The notes under the pieces were generated by a model that was given only the letters and a program-made list of their open reading frames with translations, was not told the DNA's origin and made no database searches. DNA of 57,204 nt, the filler included, from Stramenopiles sp. TOSAG23-3 (Eukaryota), in NCBI GenBank assembly GCA_900128585.1. It is 3 parts of 3 records of this genome, joined end to end, with 100 filler letters (N's around TTAATTAATTAA, not from the genome) between each part and the next. Parts side by side here need not be neighbours in the genome. Positions count along the whole stretch, not along the records: positions 38,237 to 57,204 come from LT642412.1; 2 more parts are not named here. The stretch is one strand, 5' to 3'. The translations under genes were made by a program, and so were the position numbers. This document shows, in pieces, positions 38,239 to 49,217 of this stretch. Within the stretch, counting starts at the first letter, position 1. Each line of letters starts with the position of its first letter.

Positions 38239-41200
38239 GCAAGCCACAGTGCTGCTCTTGAAGTGCAAAAAGTATCAATTTCTACTGTTCATGTTAACAA
38301 GATTCAATATATCGACGCCACAAACATGTCAGATGGCACTTTTTCTTTGGCGTTGGGGCAATCTACGGGTAATGCAACGTGGGTCCACGTTAGCTGCAAA
38401 GCAGTGGGCAAAACGATTCAAGAACAAAACATCCCGAACTATCCCGGGCACAGTATCGGCGAATCGCTTGAATCGAAGCTGCGAGAAATTTTGCCTGCTC
38501 ATGTCGAAGTAGAAATAATAGGAGTTGTGGCAAAGCAGTGGTATGTGACATTTCTAAATGCGCCTTGGAATTTCCCAACCATCATAGTGAATGAAACGAA
38601 AGTGGCTGTCACCACAATTACACCCGCAAATAGTCTACACGGTACGTTTCAGCTGGAATACGAAGGGAAGAAAACTGCTGCCATTGCCCACAATGCGTCT
38701 GCGTTGGCTGTCAAATCTAGGTTGGAGGAACTGTCGACGATATCAATGGTCAGTGTAAAACGGTATGGGCCAAATCTGAATGACGGATACATATGGTACG
38801 TCACATTTTATTCTCCAGCTGTTGGTGACGCGAAACTACTCAATTACGCGTCGTCTCTGGGAACAACATGTCACAGGCTCACAACACGTGCCAAGAAGTG
38901 TGTTTTCCCTTTCAAATACAAAAATAAAATGTATCATGACTGCTTGCCTCTCACGGGAAGTGAGGTTTCATCTTGGTGCCCAACCAGTCTAGGAAACGAT
39001 TTGACGTTTGCAGAAGGTTCATCTACATGGGGGCAATGCGCCCCTCTTGATTGCGATCTGGCTTCTATTGATATATCGGAAGAGCGAAGAGGGAAAGGTA
39101 GGCCAGAAGTGCACGCATTGACTACATTTGGGTCACATATAAATCAAATTCAGACCATAACAATTAATACATCATGTGCATCCTGCACTTTAGAAGGAAA
39201 TTATAGGTTGGCGTTCGATTTGTCAGCCACTGATATTCTAGGGGGGGACGAAAATTCTGATGGCTTCTGGGACGGTGACCTTTCGATAGTGAATAATGGT
39301 GTCAACCGCCTTCAAAATGGCGATTTTACATCAACACAAGTTAACACGGGTGGTTCAGACGTTCCAAAGTACTGGTCGTTTACGCACACCCTTTTGGAAC
39401 TTGACCTAGTCACCAAAGAAGGAAAACAAAATGCGATGAAATTACAACGATACCCGACCGAAACTGTGTCGGCAACACCCGGTTACCTGCAAATTTACCA
39501 GACTTTTACAACCGTAAAAGAGCGAACATATATACTTACTTACGATGTTTTTGCGGATGGTGACGGAACGGTTGGAAAGGATCATTCTGAATGGTTCAAT
39601 GGGCAAGTTGTTCTGCAAAACGGGGAGTACAAGAAAGGTAGTTTTGGGTTTAAGCAATTGTATCCTACGAAGCTGCGTAAATGGAATACCGTCAGCAATA
39701 TGTTCGTCGCACAGAGCACGGAGTCATCAATAGTATTGCACGCCGAAGGACATGTTGCAGCCTGGTTTGCCAACATGAAGATAGTAGAAGCAGTGAATGT
39801 CCCAACTGGCTATTGTTGGTCCTATCCGCCTCGCCCTGAAACACTGGACGGGTGTCCGAAACTAAGCGTTACACAGCCTATTGATATACATGCCGAAGCA
39901 ATGCGGGTCGATGAAAGACCGCCTTCGCTGCTGCCCGGTCGTGGGAAGGGCGAATCCCTGCAAGCCAAATTAGAAGCGCTTTCAAATATTGGGGATATTA
40001 AAGTCGACGTGTCTCGTGATATCCAAAACGGCGGGAAATTAGTTGTGTACCGAATCACTTTTAAGAATGCGCCACATTCCATGCCGCAATTACGTGTGCA
40101 TCAAAGCGATGTGCTAACTGTACCCACAGCATCAAAACAGGTTGAAATTCAAAAAATAGTAGCGACAACAGGAGAATTCAAACTTTCCTCCTATGGTCGA
40201 ACCACACGCGCGATTGTGCCTGGGGACTTGAACTTCGAGACAAAGTTACAAGAAATTTTGCCGTTCTCGCCTTCTATTTCCTACAACAATGGAGAAGGCG
40301 CGTGGATAATAACCTTTCCACCTAGCGCCGGCAATGCCGATGAGATTGCCGTATTTGTTGATATTGGCGTCGTATCGGATGCAGCAATCACCACAATTGC
40401 GGACGGGGCCATGCCATCTATAACAGTTCGTTCTGTGCGAAAAGGGAATGGTATCTCTGGGACATTTAGACTTATCGTAGGCAATGCCAGAACACCGCCG
40501 TTGCCATACGACATCCCCTCATCAGGCATTCGCAATGCTTTATTAGGCCTGGAACCGGTTGGAGAAGATATTGATGTTCTTCGGTCACACCCAAATACTG
40601 TCAGTGGATATAGGTGGCTTATCGTATTTGCAGCAGAGCACCCGAATGGGCATCCTAGAATAGTTGTCGACGGCTCTGGTTTACAGGGTGTTGGGGCCGG
40701 AAGTTCTGTGTCAGTAGTGCAGGTGGGCGGGAGCCACGGCCGAATTCATTTACCGCGTATAGATGGTCTGGCACTGACGGGAATGGCACACGATTCGTCC
40801 TTGGATGGTGTTGGTGTGTACGGGGCCACAGTGACTGTTAAAGGCACACTCGCATTTTTGAATCGCGCATTGAGTGTAATGGAGTATATACCAGATTACA
40901 GCTGGTCAGGCGACGTTAAAATTTATCTGTCAGTAAATGATCATGGTTTTACTGGTTACGGCGGTGCAAAAACGGCGAGCTCAATCGTATACGTCAATGT
41001 GTTGCCAATTAATACTGTGCCCAAGATTGTTGCTCCTGCCATATATTACAATGCCACTTTGGGTCTGACGGTCGATGAAGACACACGCTTGCACATTTCT
41101 GGCATTAGAATTTACGATAGCGATACTGGCCCAGAAGGACAGTTACAAGTAAGTCTCTGGGCTGAAAACGGCAAGCTACAGGTGGCCTCCGGGGGTTTCT

Positions 41201-44200
41201 TTGCGCATGTAGAGATTGGGGACACAGCATTGGACACGAACTTGACATTGACGTCTATTGTGTACCAGCCCAAACCCCATTTTAGTGGTCTCGAATCATT
41301 GCATGTTAGGGTTGAAGATGATGCAGGGTCGGTCTCCAATACTACGTTTTTGATCGTGGTAGATGCTGTCAATGATGCTCCAGAAATAATCCTACAAAAC
41401 GACCATTTCAGCGTCAACGAGGAAAGCCCACTGCCGCTTGCTGGCATCTCAGCTGTCGACAATGACTTGAACGATTTCCAGCTCGATCGAACTATACTCG
41501 AGTTTTCTCTGAATGCAATAAATGGTGTCATACGTATTGGATATTTTGAGGGTTTAAACGGTGTATTGTTTTCAAACGATAATGTTGGCGGGGACAAATT
41601 GGAAAATAAATCAATAACTTTCAGGTCCAGCCTTGCCCAAGCCAATTTAGCACTTGCAAATGTGATATATGTCGGCGATCCAAATTTCTCTGGAAACGAT
41701 ACCGTAACCTTAGCTGTGAACGATCTCGGAAATTTTGGGTCTGGGGGTGCGAAAATCGCCCGTAGCGATATCAGTATTCTTGTGAAAGCAAAAAACGATT
41801 ATCCTATCGTGAATGTCGCCAGAAACAAAGTTAGCCTAAAAGAAGACTTTGAAGTAGTTATACACGACTTGACTATTCGCGACGATGACCTTCGTCCTTC
41901 AGATGACAGGGATCTTTTGACAGTTTCCATTGCCGCACAACAAGGAACTTTTAGTTTAACAAGAATAACCGATCTCAATTTTCACAATGGGACGGGGAAG
42001 CGAGACAATTTTATGAACTTTACGGGCACTGTTGAAGACGTAAATGAGGCCTTATCAGAAAGTGTGTTTCGGCCGAATCAAAACTGGAATAGCATGCATT
42101 CGGGTGTAGCCCGCGTCACGGTGCTCGTAACGGAAACATTACAACAGCTAAAGACAGACGAAGACGACATCATTTTTGTTGTTGATGCTGTGAATGATGG
42201 GCCCGTGATCCGTGTTCCGGGTCAGCAACTGCACCCAGTGAACACTTACGATGATGATTTATCAAATGTTATCGAGTCAATAGATACAATTGTTTCATCT
42301 GAAGATACTTTAATTGACGTTGTGGGTGTGTCTGTTCGCGATGTTGATGCTGGAGATAGCCTTGATAATAATGGGTATCTGACGGTTACCGTTGAGGGTG
42401 TTAATGGTACAGTATGGCTCACAAAAAACTTAGTGGGCATCCACCGTTATCTCAAAGGAACTGGTAGCAACGATACAGTGATTTCGTTCGTTGCGGAATT
42501 ACCCATTGTTAATAAGGCATTGCGTGGCTTACAATTCCAAGGATTCCCAGATTACCATGGAAATTGCGGTGTCAACATTACTGTAACTGATACTGGTAAT
42601 TCTGGCTCTGGCTCAACAAAAACCGATTCCCAATTCATTCCGATACTCCTTGCCCCAATCAACGATGTTCCAGTTATTTTGTTGCCTCGTGATGAGTCAT
42701 TAGTAGTTATGGAAGATCATGAGCTTGTACTTCGTGGCTTTTCTGTAAAAGATGTGGACTATAACGAATCTGACCAGATTCAAATCACGCTTAGCGCCCA
42801 ACATGGCAGTGTCTCCCTTACACGTGTGACCGACCTAGTGTTTACTGAAGGAGATGGTTTGCTTGACGGGTACATTACTGTACGCGGGACCCTTACCAAC
42901 TTGAACAGGGCACTTGACGAGTGTGTGTACCAACCTGACCCTCACTGGAATACCCATAATAAGCTCTCCGATACACTGGACATAACTTTGTTCGATCTAG
43001 ATATCAATGGTTTGTTTGGAAGTGGGCCGCATTTCAAAGTTTCATCGACGATGTACATCGAAGTTTTACCGGATAATGACCGGCCACTTGTCCACGTTCC
43101 GGGTGATCACAGGAGCTACGAATACGATGGGCACTTCAGTTTAGACGTAGTGGATACTATTATATGCGATGAAGACGACCCAGTTGTGATTAGAAATATT
43201 AAGATTGATGATGTTGACATAAACGAAAACCCAGGGGCGTTAATGGAAGTGACCCTAAAAACCTACAATGGAACGTTGTCTCTTGATAATCTTGCAGGTC
43301 TGACTGTTTCATCTGGCACAGGCACAAACGACAAACATTTTTGTGCGAAAGGAAGTCTTCGATATATCAATGCAGCGCTAAAGTCGGTGCTGTACGTCAG
43401 TGATCACAATTTTAATGGCAATGATCAAATGTACATCTATGTCACCGACTTGGGCAATACTGGAAATGGAACTATGTTGAGTGATTCGCGTATCATACCT
43501 CTACGAATTGACCCCGTGAACGACGCACCTGTCTGGACTATGCCTGTTGGCACACTCACCGTGGCAGAAGACGCGTCGTTGGTGATATCAGGAATCACTG
43601 TGGACGATGTTGACGATTTGGATACCGCTTCCGGAAACCTTAACCTGGCAAAAACCGTCGTGATTACATGCGCTCATGGTACAGTGTCACTGACGAGAAT
43701 GGTTGCATTAAGTTTTGAAATAGGAATAGGTATTCAAGAAAAACACATGAGGTTTCGAGGCTCACTAGTGGACGTCAACCGAGCATTGCGAGATTTGGAA
43801 TATTATCCTGACCCGGATTATACAACGGAGCGCATAGGAGAAACGAGAGACAAAATTGAGTTTTACATGGACGACAATGGTGTCAATGGCCTAGGTGGGA
43901 ACCAGACCGCTACCTCGTCCGTATTAATCCAAAACATCGATGGCGTAAACGACCCCCCCATAGTAATTGTTCCCGGTGGGACGTACGTCAAAGAACCCTG
44001 CGAAGACGAACCGGCTACCAACCGGCATGCTCCGTTGCAACGTCAGTGCGATCGTATTGTGGCCGTTGATATGATCCCAATAGAGGAAGACGTAGCATAT
44101 CCCATATTTGGTGTAAAAATAATCGACTACGACGCAATGGACATCTTCGGGGCTGTAATAGAAGTTTCCCTGTCCGTCGAGCACGGGAAAATTTCTTTGA

Positions 44201-47200
44201 GCAGTATAGAGGGGCTTTACTTCACCCGAGGTACCGGTAAAGAAGATTTGCGCAATGTTACGTTTCGGGGAGATATCGACAAAGTTAACCTCGCCCTGGA
44301 TGGTGTTACATACCAAGGTGATGCAGATTACTATGGGCGAGACAATTTTACCGTTTACGCAAACGATCTAGGCAATTCAGGCGTAGGTGGTGCATTATCG
44401 GATGCCCAAACAATTCCCCTGAATATAACAGCTGTGAACGATGCGCCTGCAATATCTACTTTGGATACACTTGCCACGTCGGGTTACAGAAGCTTTAAGA
44501 AGAAGGTTCAGAACTTTGCTGGGTACTTTGCCGATGAAGACGTCACCATTGAACTGCCTGTGGTAATTGAGGATGTCGATGCAGACAATGGAGAAATTGA
44601 GGTCACTATTACGCCCGCAGTTGGAGTCGTATCAATTGACTCAGCGTATACAGAACGATTAACGTTTATAGGTCTAACAGTGGTCGAAGGATTGCAATTA
44701 AATGACTCGGTTAACGCTAGACGAATGCACTTTTCCGGGAGAATGTTTGATATCAACGAAGCACTTGCGGGGTTAAGGTATACAAGTGCCCCAGACTGGC
44801 ACAGTAGTGGCAGAGATTCTGACAATGTAACTGTGATTGTAAACGACCGGGGCAGTGTTGGAGATGGCGGGGCCAAACTTGCCAAGCACATTTTGCACGT
44901 TTTTGTCCGAGAAATCAATGATAACCCTGTTGTCAACGTTCCGCGGGGTATCCTTTACATCGACGAGGACCAGACGTTATTAATAGATGAAGTCGAGGTC
45001 TCGGACGTGGATGCGGATGATGGTTTTGATATTCTCGAAGTAACTATACAAGCAACCCATGGGACTTTAAGCGTCAGCGCATTTTTTGAAAATGACTTTC
45101 AATCGAACGAAACCAGGGCAAGAAACCCGGACCTAAAAGAGCCCGGTGATGATTTATTGAACTTTGTTTTTAAAACCGGCGACGGTGTGGACGACGAGGC
45201 CATGACATTCTTGGGAACTGTCATGCAACTGAATAGTGCCCTCAAACACTTGTCCTACACAGGCAAAAAGAATTTTAATGGAGAAGACAAAATATCGATA
45301 ACATGCTCCGATAATGGCATTGGGAAAAGTATGGCAAAGACAGCCGGTATAGGCGTGAACACGATTAACGTTCGCGTTGCTGCAATCAACGATGCCCCCG
45401 TCATTACAGTGCCAATATTCGAGGGCCACACGACGCAGTTTCGCTTGTTGGAAGATTTGGAACTTCGCATTACTGGTGCAAAATACCATGGAAAGCCTCA
45501 TGTCCCCAGCAGATACGTTTATCAGTCGGGATACGAGCTATTTCGCGGAGAAGGATCTCGCCCTGATGCAGATTGGCCATACTGGCGAGGGCGTCTTGTG
45601 GCAGATATTTACCCGGGGAAATCCCCCTCGTCTCCCCGATATTTCCAAGTCTATAAAAAGGCGTTGTATTTTAGTGCAGACGATGGGGTGAACGGCAGAG
45701 AACTGTGGAGGACATCTCACGATGAGTTGCAGCAGGACCAATTCGCCACGGAACTCGTCAAGGACATGTTTCCCGGTAGCCGTGGGAGCGATCCTACGTG
45801 GATTAGTACTATGGGCGATACACTGTACTTCGCCGCAAATGGTGTAGATACCACATGGATGATTTTTGACGACTCTTGCGGCGGATTTCGTCAAAGTTCT
45901 ATCGATCCTACAGTTCGCTATGCGGTTTCAAACAGCACAACGTGGAAGCCAAACTATGTATACGATTGCCCTGCAGGTTACCATTGGGCAGATACCGACG
46001 AGGGCCTTGCGATGGTTCAATCGGGCGACCAAGGGTCTCATCCGGGAGGGACAACCGTTCTGAAAGGCAAACCGAGCTATCACAACCAATGCGGTTGGAA
46101 CGGGTATTACCTAGGTGGAAGCAAAAGGCGTATGTTTCGATTTTCTGATTCTCACATTACAGGTGCATATAAAAGCGCAGGGACTGAAGAAGACGCAGAA
46201 TTAATCGTGACTAATTTCGATACTAGTGAGTTTGCGGGCATTGTCTGTGTTCGTGGGCAGGACGCGGAAGAGTTTGATAGCAGCAGGTGCAGAAAGCAAG
46301 AAGTGAAAGATACCGCCAGAATGCCTGGTCTACCAGTACGACCTTGTTACATAAGGGGCGGGAACGAGTTGTGGCGAAGTGACTCCACCGAAAACGGTAC
46401 CTATCGCGTTGCGGACATACGACCCGGGGTTGGGAGTTCTAACCCCGAGTTTCTGGTAGCGCACGAACCATCAGGGACCATGTTCTTTGCAGCAACGAAG
46501 GAGCCCCAAGGTAGGGAACTGTTCGTGAGTGATGGAACGCAAGACGGGACCCAAATTGTAGAAGACATATACTACGGGGAAGGTAATTCTAACCCGAAAC
46601 ACATTACTTTAAAGAACGCTACCAACATTCTGCCCGTGGTTTACTTTCAGGCGCGTGACAAACCGCGGGGCGAGGAGCTATGGCGTAGTGACGGCGTCGT
46701 TGGCAATTTTGGGGATGGTGCGGCAGGTACTGGCAGCGGGACAAGTTTAGTCAAAGACATTTGCCCGGGCTCTGTTGGCAGTAAACCTCACAGTTTGCTT
46801 ATGCTAGGCGATACGCTGTTTTTTTTTGCAAACGACGGGGTGCATGGGGACGAGCTGTGGTCCTCGGGGGGGACTGAGCAAACTACTAGCCTGGTGCGGG
46901 ACATTTGGCCGGGGGCCCATGGTAGCAGCGATGGTGAAGGTACTGCTCAACTAATCCTGTATAAGGACAGTGTTTTTTTTAAGGCAAATGATGGAGAATG
47001 GGGGCAAGAAATGTGGCGAACAGATGGTACGCTGAGCGGTACTAACATGCTAAAAGATTTGTGTGTTGGTTTCTGCTCTGGAAATCCTAACTTTTTTACA
47101 CGGTTCACGCCCCCCACGGTCAGCGGGATCGAAGAGATGTACTTTACAGCAAACATGGGCAAAGACGGCGCAGAGCTGTGGATAAGCGATGGGACCACTG

Positions 47201-48216
47201 GGGGGTCCAGGCGAGCATTTCAGCACACCGATTCGGACATTGATATTGATGAAGAGAGCCACCATCTTGACTTTCCAACACGCCTTGGTGTCTACCATGG
47301 ATCGCTTTACTGGGGTGGCAACGAAGGCCGTGCGGATATTGAATTGCCAAGAGGTGGCGTCAGTGCTAAAAATGATGAATTTCTGGCCGGCTTGGACGCA
47401 GCTATTGTTGTCGAAGACGCGGACATCGGAAATGGGGAATTTGTTGTCTCTTTATATTGCAAAAAAGGTGCGCTAAGCATTGCAAATACTCACGGGCTGG
47501 CGTTTCTGGAGGGCGACGGGGTAGAGGACCGCTCCATGAAATTTACTGGGAAACAAGTAGATGTTAATGAAGCATTCCGGTTCCTGAACTACCGCGCGTT
47601 GCCCAATGAAAACGGGGAAGATTACATTTCGATAGTAGTCAATGATACTGCTTTATCGGGTGACTATGATGTTTGGGAAGAGTCCAGTAGTTCGATCCGC
47701 GTCTGGATTGATGAAACGAACGACCCACCGACTATTGAGCGCGCTCCGCACAATCCTGAAATGTACTTTGCGAAAGGAACGGGGACGGGGACTGCGCAAG
47801 AAGGCGGGCCATTCACTAACATTGCTACCCTTGGTGTCCTTACTATAATTGATGGGTTTGTAATCAATGATGTTGACATGGGCCCGCTTGACCACATACG
47901 AGTTGACATAGAGGCAATGTACGGGCGCCTCACTTTGAATTCTATTAACGCCCTCTCGTTCGGAGGGGCACGGGGGCAGGGTTCGGGAATTAAAGACCGG
48001 ACCATGTCATTTTCCGGAACTCTAGAAGATGTGAACACGGCTTTGTACCGTCTACGATATTTATGCACGGAATCCGACGGCTGCATGGATGAAGAATCGG
48101 GTGAAAAAATTGTAATTCGTGTCCGAGACATTGATACTAGCGGAAAATTTGTAACGTTGACTGCAATGAAAACAATTGAAGTGAACGTTTTAAAGCCGAG
48201 TACGACGTTGAAGTAA
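38239..48216 (+). CDS. Giant extracellular adhesin-like mosaic protein, 5' partial, >3300 aa
   Basis: Frame open from the contig edge; EVQ/W.(V/I)TF repeats, fibronectin type II module, CBM-like segment (NRLQNGDF), many cadherin/bacterial Ig-like repeats ending VND(A/P)P, ELWxxDG(T) repeats; no C-terminal TM segment visible. Confidence 0.88.
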   Translation, partial: ASHSAALEVQKVSISTVHVNKIQYIDATNMSDGTFSLALGQSTGNATWVHVSCKAVGKTIQEQNIPNYPGHSIGESLESKLREILPAHVEVEIIGVVAKQWYVTFLNAPWNFPTIIVNETKVAVTTITPANSLHGTFQLEYEGKKTAAIAHNASALAVKSRLEELSTISMVSVKRYGPNLNDGYIWYVTFYSPAVGDAKLLNYASSLGTTCHRLTTRAKKCVFPFKYKNKMYHDCLPLTGSEVSSWCPTSLGNDLTFAEGSSTWGQCAPLDCDLASIDISEERRGKGRPEVHALTTFGSHINQIQTITINTSCASCTLEGNYRLAFDLSATDILGGDENSDGFWDGDLSIVNNGVNRLQNGDFTSTQVNTGGSDVPKYWSFTHTLLELDLVTKEGKQNAMKLQRYPTETVSATPGYLQIYQTFTTVKERTYILTYDVFADGDGTVGKDHSEWFNGQVVLQNGEYKKGSFGFKQLYPTKLRKWNTVSNMFVAQSTESSIVLHAEGHVAAWFANMKIVEAVNVPTGYCWSYPPRPETLDGCPKLSVTQPIDIHAEAMRVDERPPSLLPGRGKGESLQAKLEALSNIGDIKVDVSRDIQNGGKLVVYRITFKNAPHSMPQLRVHQSDVLTVPTASKQVEIQKIVATTGEFKLSSYGRTTRAIVPGDLNFETKLQEILPFSPSISYNNGEGAWIITFPPSAGNADEIAVFVDIGVVSDAAITTIADGAMPSITVRSVRKGNGISGTFRLIVGNARTPPLPYDIPSSGIRNALLGLEPVGEDIDVLRSHPNTVSGYRWLIVFAAEHPNGHPRIVVDGSGLQGVGAGSSVSVVQVGGSHGRIHLPRIDGLALTGMAHDSSLDGVGVYGATVTVKGTLAFLNRALSVMEYIPDYSWSGDVKIYLSVNDHGFTGYGGAKTASSIVYVNVLPINTVPKIVAPAIYYNATLGLTVDEDTRLHISGIRIYDSDTGPEGQLQVSLWAENGKLQVASGGFFAHVEIGDTALDTNLTLTSIVYQPKPHFSGLESLHVRVEDDAGSVSNTTFLIVVDAVNDAPEIILQNDHFSVNEESPLPLAGISAVDNDLNDFQLDRTILEFSLNAINGVIRIGYFEGLNGVLFSNDNVGGDKLENKSITFRSSLAQANLALANVIYVGDPNFSGNDTVTLAVNDLGNFGSGGAKIARSDISILVKAKNDYPIVNVARNKVSLKEDFEVVIHDLTIRDDDLRPSDDRDLLTVSIAAQQGTFSLTRITDLNFHNGTGKRDNFMNFTGTVEDVNEALSESVFRPNQNWNSMHSGVARVTVLVTETLQQLKTDEDDIIFVVDAVNDGPVIRVPGQQLHPVNTYDDDLSNVIESIDTIVSSEDTLIDVVGVSVRDVDAGDSLDNNGYLTVTVEGVNGTVWLTKNLVGIHRYLKGTGSNDTVISFVAELPIVNKALRGLQFQGFPDYHGNCGVNITVTDTGNSGSGSTKTDSQFIPILLAPINDVPVILLPRDESLVVMEDHELVLRGFSVKDVDYNESDQIQITLSAQHGSVSLTRVTDLVFTEGDGLLDGYITVRGTLTNLNRALDECVYQPDPHWNTHNKLSDTLDITLFDLDINGLFGSGPHFKVSSTMYIEVLPDNDRPLVHVPGDHRSYEYDGHFSLDVVDTIICDEDDPVVIRNIKIDDVDINENPGALMEVTLKTYNGTLSLDNLAGLTVSSGTGTNDKHFCAKGSLRYINAALKSVLYVSDHNFNGNDQMYIYVTDLGNTGNGTMLSDSRIIPLRIDPVNDAPVWTMPVGTLTVAEDASLVISGITVDDVDDLDTASGNLNLAKTVVITCAHGTVSLTRMVALSFEIGIGIQEKHMRFRGSLVDVNRALRDLEYYPDPDYTTERIGETRDKIEFYMDDNGVNGLGGNQTATSSVLIQNIDGVNDPPIVIVPGGTYVKEPCEDEPATNRHAPLQRQCDRIVAVDMIPIEEDVAYPIFGVKIIDYDAMDIFGAVIEVSLSVEHGKISLSSIEGLYFTRGTGKEDLRNVTFRGDIDKVNLALDGVTYQGDADYYGRDNFTVYANDLGNSGVGGALSDAQTIPLNITAVNDAPAISTLDTLATSGYRSFKKKVQNFAGYFADEDVTIELPVVIEDVDADNGEIEVTITPAVGVVSIDSAYTERLTFIGLTVVEGLQLNDSVNARRMHFSGRMFDINEALAGLRYTSAPDWHSSGRDSDNVTVIVNDRGSVGDGGAKLAKHILHVFVREINDNPVVNVPRGILYIDEDQTLLIDEVEVSDVDADDGFDILEVTIQATHGTLSVSAFFENDFQSNETRARNPDLKEPGDDLLNFVFKTGDGVDDEAMTFLGTVMQLNSALKHLSYTGKKNFNGEDKISITCSDNGIGKSMAKTAGIGVNTINVRVAAINDAPVITVPIFEGHTTQFRLLEDLELRITGAKYHGKPHVPSRYVYQSGYELFRGEGSRPDADWPYWRGRLVADIYPGKSPSSPRYFQVYKKALYFSADDGVNGRELWRTSHDELQQDQFATELVKDMFPGSRGSDPTWISTMGDTLYFAANGVDTTWMIFDDSCGGFRQSSIDPTVRYAVSNSTTWKPNYVYDCPAGYHWADTDEGLAMVQSGDQGSHPGGTTVLKGKPSYHNQCGWNGYYLGGSKRRMFRFSDSHITGAYKSAGTEEDAELIVTNFDTSEFAGIVCVRGQDAEEFDSSRCRKQEVKDTARMPGLPVRPCYIRGGNELWRSDSTENGTYRVADIRPGVGSSNPEFLVAHEPSGTMFFAATKEPQGRELFVSDGTQDGTQIVEDIYYGEGNSNPKHITLKNATNILPVVYFQARDKPRGEELWRSDGVVGNFGDGAAGTGSGTSLVKDICPGSVGSKPHSLLMLGDTLFFFANDGVHGDELWSSGGTEQTTSLVRDIWPGAHGSSDGEGTAQLILYKDSVFFKANDGEWGQEMWRTDGTLSGTNMLKDLCVGFCSGNPNFFTRFTPPTVSGIEEMYFTANMGKDGAELWISDGTTGGSRRAFQHTDSDIDIDEESHHLDFPTRLGVYHGSLYWGGNEGRADIELPRGGVSAKNDEFLAGLDAAIVVEDADIGNGEFVVSLYCKKGALSIANTHGLAFLEGDGVEDRSMKFTGKQVDVNEAFRFLNYRALPNENGEDYISIVVNDTALSGDYDVWEESSSSIRVWIDETNDPPTIERAPHNPEMYFAKGTGTGTAQEGGPFTNIATLGVLTIIDGFVINDVDMGPLDHIRVDIEAMYGRLTLNSINALSFGGARGQGSGIKDRTMSFSGTLEDVNTALYRLRYLCTESDGCMDEESGEKIVIRVRDIDTSGKFVTLTAMKTIEVNVLKPSTTLK

Positions 48217-48883
48217 AATGAACTCTAAAAACTTATTTTTTCTCGTTAGGGTCAGGGCGGCACAAAAAAAGCAACTAAATAAAATAAAAAAGAATTTGGT
48301 TTTTTTGGCTGTGTTCGTGCGCTCTCTTATTGTGTTGTATTTAAATAATACAATGCAATACGACTGACTACACAGTGGGAATCCCTGATCGGTTTAAACC
48401 ATATAATATAATTGTTTTTTAGTATAACAGTTTGTACTCTAAATACAGGATCAAATTTGGAATCCTGAAACCTGAATGAACTATTTTACACAGTTCAATA
48501 ATTGTAGTATAAATATAATGAAGACAATAACAACCCTATTATATCACTAACATAAATAAACGAAGAAGAATGCGATTTCCACAATTCTTTTCCCAACAAT
48601 TAGAAGCTTCCATTCTATTGCCATATATATAGAGTTAAGTAAAAGTATAAATTTCAAACAGACCGAGTCGTCCGGATTCACTGCCCTTTCTTCTAAACTT
48701 CTCAACTTTCCTTGTTTTGAGTTTTGAATAATTCATTTAATGAGGGTTAAGGTATCTATCTATCTATATATCCTATTTTTCATGCTTTACTTTATTAGTT
48801 AAATATTATTGATATAGATAATTACAAAACAAAATGTTAGGTCAATTGAAGGTATTTTAATAATCCTTATTTTGGTTTCATAA

Positions 48884-49014
48884 AATAATAAAATATCCAC
48901 ATCAAAAAATCATTCCTCCTCCTCCCCTCCACATCTCTCGTCGTCAGCCGAGATAATAATAAAATATCCACATCAAAAAATCATTCCTCCTTCTCCCCTA
49001 CACATCTCGTCAGC
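48884..49014. repeat. Tandem duplication, period about 71 bp
   Basis: AATAATAAAATATCCACATCAAAAAATCATTCCTCC...CACATCTC..GTCAGC starts at 48884 and again at 48955. Confidence 0.9.
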
Positions 49015-49217
49015 AGCAGAGAAGAGTTGAACTTAATGTTAATTTCGTGAACGTACTCATTTTGTAATAAGACCGTTCGTTTAAATTATCTATTCCCTCG
49101 TCATAAGTTAATGACCTACACAAAAATAAACAAATAAATCAATTTGTCACCTCAACCTTCTTCTCTTCTGGTTTTGTCTTTAATTGTATTTTATTCTTCT
49201 AAAAGAACGACAACAAC

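Noticed and set aside
38239-48216. Bacterial contaminant origin of the giant repeat protein
   Set aside because: Contiguous with eukaryotic genes (CWF19L2, EF-hand), contains an FN2 module, and its contig shares dispersed motifs with the other two.
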